DNA from: Candidatus Terraquivivens tengchongensis
GTDB lineage: Archaea; Thermoproteota; Nitrososphaeria_A; Caldarchaeales; Wolframiiraptoraceae
Length of the DNA stretch: 24,000 bases
Direction of reading: 5' to 3'
Assembly (NCBI GenBank): GCA_023261845.1
Contig: JALNJZ010000001.1
Coordinates: forward strand, 84,405-108,404
Shown here: one piece after another, positions 9,632 through 17,525 of the stretch
Numbering within the stretch: position 1 is the stretch's first letter
Layout: every line of letters starts with the position of its first letter
Program-made: the position numbers and the translations under genes
The notes under the pieces: generated by a model
Seen by the model: only the letters and a program-made list of their open reading frames with translations
What the model was told of the DNA's origin: nothing
Databases searched by the model: none

Positions 9632-10375
9632 ATGCTCGTCGATGTGCACTGCCACCTGACAGATGAGGCCATAAAGGCAAACCTAGCAAAAGTGGTAGAG
9701 GACGCTAAGAGGTCTGGAGTAGCTATAATTGTAACATCTGGGCTTGGGTATGAGGATTGTTTAAAAGCATTAGAGGTGTCCGATTACAAAACGATCTTTC
9801 CGTCATTAGGAATAATGCCGTACAAGCTTGATGGTTATGAGGGTGTAATCTCTTTGATAGAGAAGAGTGCTAAGAAGATCGTCGCCATAGGAGAGGTCGG
9901 TCTTGACTTTCATGTAAACGTCAGACCTGATAAAGAGTTGCAAAGAAAGGTCTTTAAAGAATTCATAGAGCTGTCCTTGAATCTAGACCTTCCGTTAATA
10001 GTACACTCCAGGAGTGCTGGAAAGTATGCGTTAGAAATGTTAGTAGAGTGTGGTGCGAAGAATGTGATAATGCACGCATTTGATGGTTCGGCGTCACATT
10101 CGTTGATTGGATTCGAAAAGGGCTATTTCTTCAGCATACCGCCCTCCGTTGTTAGGAGTACTCAGAAACAAAAACTCGTGAACAAAGTGCCTTTAGAGAA
10201 CATCTTGCTGGAATCTGACGCTCCTGCTCTGTCTCCTGTTCCTGGTACCGTGAACACTCCATCCAACGTAAGGATATCCGCAGAGGTGGTGAGTAGGATA
10301 AAAGGGATTTCATTGGAGAAGGTGGAAGAGATTACGATGGAGAACGCCATGAGAATACTTAAGATAAAGGTTTAG
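9632..10375 (+). CDS. TatD-family metal-dependent hydrolase/DNase
   Basis: N-terminal VDVHCHL, internal GEVGLDF, IVHSR and ESDAP motifs are characteristic of the TatD/amidohydrolase fold. 247 aa. Confidence 0.85.
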   Translation: MLVDVHCHLTDEAIKANLAKVVEDAKRSGVAIIVTSGLGYEDCLKALEVSDYKTIFPSLGIMPYKLDGYEGVISLIEKSAKKIVAIGEVGLDFHVNVRPDKELQRKVFKEFIELSLNLDLPLIVHSRSAGKYALEMLVECGAKNVIMHAFDGSASHSLIGFEKGYFFSIPPSVVRSTQKQKLVNKVPLENILLESDAPALSPVPGTVNTPSNVRISAEVVSRIKGISLEKVEEITMENAMRILKIKV

Positions 10376-10380
10376 AAATT

Positions 10381-11598
10381 TTAAGGACCTATGTGGCCAT
10401 GGGACGTTTGGCATATCACCGTCTTGAGTCCAACCCCCTTCAATGCCTTCCAAACATCCAGCATCTCCGTATAGCTAGGTCTTGGGATCGTGACGTTCCT
10501 AAACTCTGGCCTGTAGTCGAGGACACAGACTTGTACGTTATCGTCTATCTTCGCAACCTCCTCGCCGATCCTTATTATCTCCTCCATGCTAATGAGCACT
10601 CTGTTGTAAGGTATGCCGATGCCTATGAACAATCTTTCTTTGTAGTTGTCTACTAGGTACCTAAATGCATCCCAAGATGTTCTTAGGTACCTCTCGGCGA
10701 GTTCACGGTTCTCTATGCCTGTTATCCTCATGAAAGTTTCGACCTTCAGCCCCTTAAGGTCAGGTCCTATGTCAGTCATTCCTGCATCGACTAGCTCGTC
10801 TATGTAATCCCTCGTAAGTATCGTTGCGTTCGTGTCTATGTGTATCCTTGCATCGCTATCTTGGTTTAACTCCTTTAATGCTTTAACGTAATTTAGGAGC
10901 CATCTTCTATTGAGCGTGCTTTCGCCTCCCGATATTGCCATCCTGTTCACTCGGTATACCTTTCTCATGTAAGTTGTTATTCTCGCCGCCTCGAAAGGTG
11001 ATAGAGCTCTATCCTTACCGCAGTAAGTCGTCGTCCAGTTTTGGCATTGCGGACACCTTAGGTTACATCCGCATGCAAAGCATGCAACCTCTATGTATCT
11101 ATCACCTTTTAACCACCAAGGCGTTCCTACGCCGCCAACGGGATGACCCATCCAACCGTGCACTATCCTTTTTGGAACATAGTCTTCCGGAAGCTCCGTT
11201 GATATTTCCATGCCCTCCTTAATACCCGTGACGCAGCTCGGCATGAGTTCGCCATTAACCAGCACTGCACAAGAATAGCAACCTCCGACAGAACATGGAG
11301 CAAATATGCTATCCTTCTCTGGAAAGCTTGAGAACTTATACCCGATAAACTCCAAAGCTGCCTTTATGGTAATCCTTTCCGGCACCCAGAATCTTTCAGC
11401 ATTTACTTTGATCTCGACATCCTTTGTTTTTGTCCTCTTGAGCATCCTAACAGCATTCCCTGGACATGCTAACTGGCATGCGCCGCAACCGAAGCACAGA
11501 TCTTCTGAGAATAGCTTTCCAGCAGGGCATGCCACTATCTCCTCGCACGTATTGCATCCTGAGCATCTATCCGGTATCCTCTTAGCAAACCTCAGCAT
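10381..11598 (-). CDS. Radical SAM protein (PflA/PflX-like core) with N-terminal 2x[4Fe-4S] ferredoxin and 2Fe-2S-type (Fer2_4-like) modules
   Basis: Cys motifs are CSGCNTCEEIVACP and CFGCGACQLACP (ferredoxin-like), then CSVGGCYSC...C (Cx4Cx2C...C within a VEIKVNAERF...GMEI segment). The radical SAM motif is CNLRCPQC followed by QNW, with GGE (ISGGEST) downstream. Confidence 0.8.
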   Translation of the reverse strand: MLRFAKRIPDRCSGCNTCEEIVACPAGKLFSEDLCFGCGACQLACPGNAVRMLKRTKTKDVEIKVNAERFWVPERITIKAALEFIGYKFSSFPEKDSIFAPCSVGGCYSCAVLVNGELMPSCVTGIKEGMEISTELPEDYVPKRIVHGWMGHPVGGVGTPWWLKGDRYIEVACFACGCNLRCPQCQNWTTTYCGKDRALSPFEAARITTYMRKVYRVNRMAISGGESTLNRRWLLNYVKALKELNQDSDARIHIDTNATILTRDYIDELVDAGMTDIGPDLKGLKVETFMRITGIENRELAERYLRTSWDAFRYLVDNYKERLFIGIGIPYNRVLISMEEIIRIGEEVAKIDDNVQVCVLDYRPEFRNVTIPRPSYTEMLDVWKALKGVGLKTVICQTSHGHIGP

Positions 11599-11746
11599 CT
11601 AAAAACAAAATCATTATTGTGCCAATTAAAGCTAATTTTAAGAATGGATGCTCATATAAGTTGTAAAAGCCGCCGCATTGCTTTTTGAGATACCCTGACA
11701 TACGACCTCCATCTATTAAGACTGAACTCATCAGATAGTCGTGAGG

Positions 11747-13108
11747 TTATGTTGGATCTTGAGATTTATTGAGGCTTGAGCTCTTTTGGTCACGCTCTAT
11801 CTGCTCAAGGATCTTCTCCGGACAATCTCTAACGGGTAAGTAGATCTTCTCGTAGAAGTCACGCTGACTCTTGAGAACATTCTCCGGGAAACTCTTAACG
11901 TACTTGATGGCGGCATTCCAGAACTTCTCGAAGCTCGGTCCGAACCTTGCCGCTATCATTCTATGAAAATCCGTGGGCCTCTGAATCTGTCCACCTATCG
12001 TGAAGTATCCACTCCGAGACCGGTAAGCGACCTCATCTCCTACTTTTTCTTCAACTTCCTCCTTCTCGGCAAACTGACCAACCCTCATACTACCTCCAAA
12101 CCTCCTCGCGGTTACACCATGCTTCTTCGCCCAAGCATAAAATATCGCTCTATTCAGGCCGAACGATTTGGCGAGCTCTAGATCGCCCTTCAGCACATAG
12201 TATCTTGCTGCCTGGAGAAGGCCCATGACTTGGAACCTGCCAACATGACCAACTCGAGCGAGCGGGGCGGCCTCTTCTTCACCAACCATCGTCCTCGAGT
12301 CGCTCTTGATCTCGGCAAGAGCTCTTAGCGCCAGCTCATCACCTTCACCATCCTCAAACCCATTCCATCCACTCCAATATCTGAAGTTCTCGATCTTGGC
12401 CCAGTCAAGCTTGAAGTTCTCTAGGTCGTTAGGCTTGATCGTTATGGCGACAAGATCGAGCTCGCGGTGAAGGCTTAGGGGTGCCGTGAAAACCCTCTGG
12501 ATATCCATTAGGTTCTCAATCTTAAGCCTTCTATCAGGCGATCTAGATCTCTCGCATACTTTTTCAAGCCCGTCTCTTGCGCGCATGAGAACATACTCAG
12601 CTATCGCAAAAGAGACCCTCAGCGGTCCCCTCCTCCATATCTCGCCACTCACTGCCTTTTCATTCAGGTGAACGTGGATTCCCCGCCCCGACCAGACCAA
12701 GTAGATGGACTTTTCGACGCCCTCGCTTCTGAGAGTCTCGATGAGTATCTTAGCCGCCTCTTTGATCAACTCTACCTCCTCTAGAGAACCATCAACATCC
12801 CAGCTTGGTGTGCTCATGAGAATATTATCCTCGGCGGATACGTCTTCCCTCTGCTCCAGCTTCTTATAGATATTCGCCGATCCATAAATTGTCCTCATCA
12901 CCCTATTTCCGAACTTGTTGATCAACTTCTTAATATCGGCGGGCTCTTTGATTGTGAGTGGTCTCCCGTTAGGCCAATATCTGTAGAAAGTTCGACTATC
13001 GCCGCCTGACCGGCATTCTAACGCGGCCCATCTACCGGAGCAGAATCTTGAAATTTCTCTTGTAACGTCCTCCCTCAAATAGTGCCTTAAAATTGTCTCC
13101 ATCTTCAC
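11747..13108 (-). CDS. Archaeo-eukaryotic primase (AEP) superfamily protein, PriS-like catalytic domain with long C-terminal extension
   Basis: AEP motif I is WDVD (aa 103-106) and motif II is SGRGIHVH (aa 140-147). Motif III region is MDIQRVFTAPLSLH (aa 201-214). The N-terminal layout (..IYGSANIY..) resembles PriS. There is no Cys-rich Zn knuckle between motifs I and II. About 200 additional C-terminal residues follow with only one Cys. Confidence 0.7.
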   Translation of the reverse strand: MKMETILRHYLREDVTREISRFCSGRWAALECRSGGDSRTFYRYWPNGRPLTIKEPADIKKLINKFGNRVMRTIYGSANIYKKLEQREDVSAEDNILMSTPSWDVDGSLEEVELIKEAAKILIETLRSEGVEKSIYLVWSGRGIHVHLNEKAVSGEIWRRGPLRVSFAIAEYVLMRARDGLEKVCERSRSPDRRLKIENLMDIQRVFTAPLSLHRELDLVAITIKPNDLENFKLDWAKIENFRYWSGWNGFEDGEGDELALRALAEIKSDSRTMVGEEEAAPLARVGHVGRFQVMGLLQAARYYVLKGDLELAKSFGLNRAIFYAWAKKHGVTARRFGGSMRVGQFAEKEEVEEKVGDEVAYRSRSGYFTIGGQIQRPTDFHRMIAARFGPSFEKFWNAAIKYVKSFPENVLKSQRDFYEKIYLPVRDCPEKILEQIERDQKSSSLNKSQDPT

Positions 13109-13202
13109 CCATTCAAGACATCCCTCAAGTAACCTTTAACCTAAAGTGGAGAGATAGGTAAGAATCATACTCAGACATTATTGTCGTACCGTCTACAGAA
13201 AG

Positions 13203-14417
13203 CTAAACCCTCGAGAGAGCTTTACCTAAGTCCTCCTTCAAGTCCTCAACATCTTCAAGACCAACCGATAATCTGAGAAGGTTCTCACTTATCTCAAGCA
13301 TCTTCATCTGCTCCCTGCTCATGTTCTTGGCCGCGGTCCAGATTGGGTAGGTTAAGAGGGACTCGACGCCGCCCAAGCTCGGCGAGGGCTTGATCAGCTC
13401 CGTGCCCCTGAGAACCTCGAGCGCCTCCTTTTGGCCTCCCCTCACCTTGAAGCTTAAAACCCCTCCATAAAGCCGTCGCTTGAAGATTCTGTCTGCGATG
13501 CTCTTGTACGGGCTGCTCGAGAGCCCTGGATAATATACCTTCTCGATCTTTGGATGATCTTCGAGGAACTCTGCTATCTCGAGGGCGCTCCTCGCCTGCT
13601 TTTCAAACCTCGCCTCAAGGGTTGCCACTCCACGTATCGTGAGAAACGCATCGAATGGGCTCATGATCGATCCGAGCTTTCTCCTCCAGTTCCAAAGAAC
13701 CTCCGCATCCTCCTCACTTCCCATGATTACCGCGCCGCCAACAACATCATTATGACCTGCGATGTACTTCGTCAAGCTGTGAACCGTGACCCAAGCACCA
13801 TCATCGAGCGGGTTGTAGAGTAGCGGTGTAGAGAAAGTGTTATCAACGATCAACGGTACTCCGAGCTCGGCGCATCTCTTGGCGATCTCTTTGACGTCAA
13901 TAACCCTCACCATAGGGTTCGTGAGGGTCTCGACAAGTGTGAGCGAAATACCATCCCCAAGCCTCTCAAGAAACTCGTCCGTGTCGGACCTAGCGAGAAT
14001 GCATTCAACACCAAACTTCGAGAGGTTTTGAGCAAACTCCTGCGTGGTCCCATAACACTCTAGCGGGACTAGAACTTTCGATCCGGCCTTGAGCTTTGAA
14101 AGATACGTTGCCACGATCGCGGCCATCCCGCTCCCAAAAGCGAGACAATCAACGCCTCTCTCGAGCTTTGCCAGAATCTTTTCAAGAGCCCTAACGGTAT
14201 GATTCTCCTCTCTACTGTACTTGAGGTCCAGGCCACGATCGCTGAGCCTAGGCCCTCCTGTTACGGAATCCGGGTACTCGAATACGGCGGTCTGGTATAT
14301 CGGAACCTTAAATACCCCCCTTTCACGATCCAGATATCCGTGCCCATGAATCGCCTCAGTAGACGACCTTCGAGCCATTTTCGCGGTTTCTGATAGTAAT
14401 GAGATATTCATAAACAT
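13203..14417 (-). CDS. Cys/Met-metabolism PLP-dependent enzyme (cystathionine gamma-synthase / O-acylhomoserine sulfhydrylase family)
   Basis: PIYQTAVFEY near the N-terminus and the PLP-lysine motif SLTKYIAGHNDVVGG, with an overall length typical of the family. The start may instead be the internal Met (MARRSS...). Exact substrate specificity cannot be read from the sequence. Confidence 0.85.
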   Translation of the reverse strand: MFMNISLLSETAKMARRSSTEAIHGHGYLDRERGVFKVPIYQTAVFEYPDSVTGGPRLSDRGLDLKYSREENHTVRALEKILAKLERGVDCLAFGSGMAAIVATYLSKLKAGSKVLVPLECYGTTQEFAQNLSKFGVECILARSDTDEFLERLGDGISLTLVETLTNPMVRVIDVKEIAKRCAELGVPLIVDNTFSTPLLYNPLDDGAWVTVHSLTKYIAGHNDVVGGAVIMGSEEDAEVLWNWRRKLGSIMSPFDAFLTIRGVATLEARFEKQARSALEIAEFLEDHPKIEKVYYPGLSSSPYKSIADRIFKRRLYGGVLSFKVRGGQKEALEVLRGTELIKPSPSLGGVESLLTYPIWTAAKNMSREQMKMLEISENLLRLSVGLEDVEDLKEDLGKALSRV

Positions 14418-14459
14418 TTATAATCATAGATTCCAATAAGAATCATTGATATAGGCGGG

Positions 14460-15038
14460 GTGTTCTTGGAGAAGCTCTGGGACCTCGAGTCCCTCGCGAA
14501 GCTCAGAAGGAGGCTAGGGCTGACCCAAAGGGAACTGGCGAAAATTTCTGGCGTTAGCCAATCATTGATATCGAAAATCGAGTGTGGCCGGATCAGCCCC
14601 TCATATGAGGCTGTTAGGCGAATTCTTCAAGCCCTCGAGATGGTTAGGGCTGAGAGGGATGCCAAGCTGCTGGCCAAAGACATTTGCACGAGAGACGTTA
14701 TCTGTGTAGACGTGTCAGATACATTGGGCAAGGCAGTAAACTTGATGAGAAGGCACGGGATATCGCAGCTTCCGGTTCTGAGGAACGGCAGTCCCGTCGG
14801 AAGCATCTCGGAGTCTTCTATCGTGAGGAAGCTTGAGGGGATAAAGTCCATGAACGTTCCAGTGGGCGAGATAATGGATGAGGCGTTTCCGATGATACCA
14901 GAGGAGGCGTCTCTCAACATCGTCAGGCAACTTCTTCAGGAATATCCAGCGGTGCTTCTTCAAAAGGATGGTAAAATTACTGGGATCGTGACTAAGGCAG
15001 ATCTCTTCAAGGTGCTTGAATCGAAAGAAGAGCTCTAA
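14460..15038 (+). CDS. Transcriptional regulator, XRE-type HTH fused to a CBS domain pair
   Basis: LGLTQRELAKISGVSQSLISKIECGR is a classic HTH_3 motif, followed by two CBS repeats (..ISQLPVL.., ..ITGIVTKADL..). GTG start. Divergent from the PLP enzyme gene, with only 42 nt between the starts. Confidence 0.8.
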   Translation: MFLEKLWDLESLAKLRRRLGLTQRELAKISGVSQSLISKIECGRISPSYEAVRRILQALEMVRAERDAKLLAKDICTRDVICVDVSDTLGKAVNLMRRHGISQLPVLRNGSPVGSISESSIVRKLEGIKSMNVPVGEIMDEAFPMIPEEASLNIVRQLLQEYPAVLLQKDGKITGIVTKADLFKVLESKEEL

Positions 15039-15050
15039 CGTTGCATTTCG

Positions 15051-15293
15051 TCAAACATTTTCTGAGTTCACCTCTTCGACTCCACTCGCAGCTTTTAGTA
15101 ACATCTTTAGGGTCTCAACGTTATCCTTCCTACAACTCTTCCGTCTCTTATCGACATATATTCCAAGCTTCTTCGCATATTGAATCGTTATGCCGGCTTC
15201 TCTAAGTTCATTTATACTAAAGCCCCTACCCTTCCTCTCGATGATCCTACCATCCTTGAGCTTTCTCCTAACAACCGGAATAGGTAAGCTCAT
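15051..15293 (-). CDS. rpl13e: Ribosomal protein L13e
   Basis: 80-aa ORF whose [17 protein letters not shown]...[14 protein letters not shown] matches the conserved core of eukaryotic/archaeal L13e. Confidence 0.75.
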   Translation of the reverse strand: MSLPIPVVRRKLKDGRIIERKGRGFSINELREAGITIQYAKKLGIYVDKRRKSCRKDNVETLKMLLKAASGVEEVNSENV

Positions 15294-15679
15294 TTTCTCA
15301 CCTCAGTAGAGGTGACTTGTTCTTGGAGATTCATGACTTCAAGGCTAGATTTAGCCCTATCTTCTGCTCAAAATCAAAATATAATTATTAGGGAGACGAA
15401 AGTATCTATTTGGCGACTTATGAGCTTCTTAACACTTTTTTAACATAAAATATGTCGGCAATGTGAGTCCTTGCATCTCTATGCGCCGCTAACTGACATG
15501 CGCCAATAATCTTGGCATATTTTAAATTCATTTACATTTAGTTATTTAGGCTTACTTCCCGATGTTGATTGTTTATAATAGAACGTATTAAGAGGCAATT
15601 CATCGCATAAACATTCTTATTCTTAATGTTAAAATAAATATTTTTAAATTTAGATTCATGAACGAACAATGGTTAGAGA

Positions 15680-16219
15680 ATGATGCTTAAGCAGCCCTCA
15701 TCCCCAGTAAATCATGTAACCTACAGCGAGGAGGATTTCAATATAATAATACCAACGAGGGCGGAAAGACCAAAGTTCATTACCTATAACAATTTGGGTC
15801 CGCTTAAAGATCGTGTTATAATGGTGTATGATCGTTGGCATAATGTATGCAAAGCTCTAAACTATGGAGCCTCTATTAGCAAAGCGAACATATTGTTCTT
15901 TACAGATGATGATGCAATCATACCTCCAGAAAAGATCTTAGATATTGTCAAGTTGGTAAAAAAAGATACTGCTGTTGTATTTGAACGACAGGATCCATTT
16001 GGTCTAGCTATTACAAAAGATGATTTTATTAAGTTAGGAGGTTTTGATGAAAGATTTTTATGTCCACGTATGCCAGCTTATGCCTTCGATACAGAGTTTG
16101 AAAAAAGGTTAGAATCTAAAAAATTCAGAATTATAAAATATCCATTGAGTGGGGTGATACATTATGGGGGGGAAGACCCGCGTTTTCTTTCAAAAGTTTT
16201 GTTGCTGAATGGAATTTGA
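15680..16219 (+). CDS. Family 2 glycosyltransferase, apparently truncated (continuation in another frame to 16380)
   Basis: IIIPTRAE, ALNYGASISKANILFFTDDDAI (DxD motif) and GGFDERF / FDTEFEKRL are GT2 hallmarks. The ORF ends soon after a G7 run, while a different frame stays open to TAA 16378-16380 and encodes a TM-like helix followed by a basic patch. Confidence 0.7.
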   Translation: MMLKQPSSPVNHVTYSEEDFNIIIPTRAERPKFITYNNLGPLKDRVIMVYDRWHNVCKALNYGASISKANILFFTDDDAIIPPEKILDIVKLVKKDTAVVFERQDPFGLAITKDDFIKLGGFDERFLCPRMPAYAFDTEFEKRLESKKFRIIKYPLSGVIHYGGEDPRFLSKVLLLNGI

Positions 16220-16752
16220 CATTAGTTGTCATACGGTACGAGAAAGACTTAATAAAACTAATTCGCTATTTCTTCGTTCAACCACTGTTTAGTCTAAGAT
16301 ATATTCATATACTCGCGTTTATATTTTGGCAAATTTACTGTCGCATTAAAAGGAGGAGAAGTGCATGGCATGTGGACTAAATATGAATACATTAGTTTTA
16401 GTTTTTGATATAACTATCTATATCTATATTTTTGAGGAGTTTAGAAAAATTCATCAACATTTGAAATAGAAACATCCTACTTTTAGGTCATCGGTATGTT
16501 AGGTGCTCGGTATCAAAATTTTTGTCGTAACTTATTAAAAACAATATCAGTCATTTAATATATAAGTTTTGGGCGCAAGAAACTCGTAAAATTTTTCTTT
16601 AAATCCTCAGATACTCGTGCTATATATCCTGATAAAGGCTGCTAAACTAAAGGATTTTGTTGTGAGAGATTATATTTAAGCGTAAAACCTGCACCATCGC
16701 GAAACAACACTTAATAACACCTCTAAACCCTTTACCAAAAGGGTAAGCCGCC

Positions 16753-17142
16753 TTGGGAGGCCCTAAGAAACCTACACTGTCCCAGGCTGAGAAGAGGCAG
16801 ACGAAAACGCAACCAAAACCTTCTGAGAAGAAAGAATCGACGCCGCAGAAGTACACGGGCAGCATAACCTTACCAGAGGAAAGGGACGTCATAAACTACA
16901 TTAGGAGCATGAAGTATGCTACGCCATACCTCATTTCTGAAAAGTACGGAATCAGGTTGTCTGTTGCGAAGAGCTTACTGAATAGCTTGGTATCGAAAGG
17001 ACTGATCGTGCCAGTAGTCGGCGACAACAGGTTAAGGATATTTGCACCAGCTCAAGCAACAGTAGAATCTGTAAAAGCTTCAGAGGTGACAAAACCATCC
17101 GAATCTGCGGAGGCAAAGCCCAAGTCAAAAAGGAAGAAGTAG
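16753..17142 (+). CDS. rps25e: Ribosomal protein S25e
   Basis: N-terminal MGGPKKPTLSQAEKRQ, a basic linker, then a winged-helix part (..ITPYLISEKYGIRLSVAKSLLNSL..GLI..) typical of S25e. TTG start, and an in-frame TAA three codons upstream (16744-16746) limits the start choice. Confidence 0.85.
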   Translation: MGGPKKPTLSQAEKRQTKTQPKPSEKKESTPQKYTGSITLPEERDVINYIRSMKYATPYLISEKYGIRLSVAKSLLNSLVSKGLIVPVVGDNRLRIFAPAQATVESVKASEVTKPSESAEAKPKSKRKK

Positions 17143-17148
17143 ACTATC

Positions 17149-17520
17149 CTAACTTTTGAGGACCCTTACCCTTGCTCCGGGTCTTGTTTTTGTGAGTGCA
17201 GCTAACTCACCAGATAGCTTTCCGACCTTCACTGTCTGAGCATAGGGTTTAGCTTTCTTAAAGACGAAACCTAGAGCACCGGCTGGAGGCCAGAAGATCA
17301 TATCACCACAATCCACTTCTTCTACCGGCTTCTCAGCACCCCTCACCATACGAGTCTCTATATAGACCGCATAGTCCCAAAGCCCAGCCATACCTTCTAT
17401 TGGCAAGAGCCTTACGAGTTCTGTCACTGTTGCTGGTGCCAAAAATTTTATCAGCTCAGCCTTGTACTCGCCCACGCCCTCAACCCAAACCTTCACTGGA
17501 ACCCTTACCGGAACAGACAT
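17149..17520 (-). CDS. Cyclophilin-like domain protein (TM1367-like family)
   Basis: 123 aa. CGDMIFWPPAGALGFVF resembles the GD(I/L)xYWPPGxAL signature of the cyclophilin-like family. It starts 5 nt downstream of apgM on the same strand. Confidence 0.6.
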   Translation of the reverse strand: MSVPVRVPVKVWVEGVGEYKAELIKFLAPATVTELVRLLPIEGMAGLWDYAVYIETRMVRGAEKPVEEVDCGDMIFWPPAGALGFVFKKAKPYAQTVKVGKLSGELAALTKTRPGARVRVLKS

Positions 17521-17525
17521 ACCAC

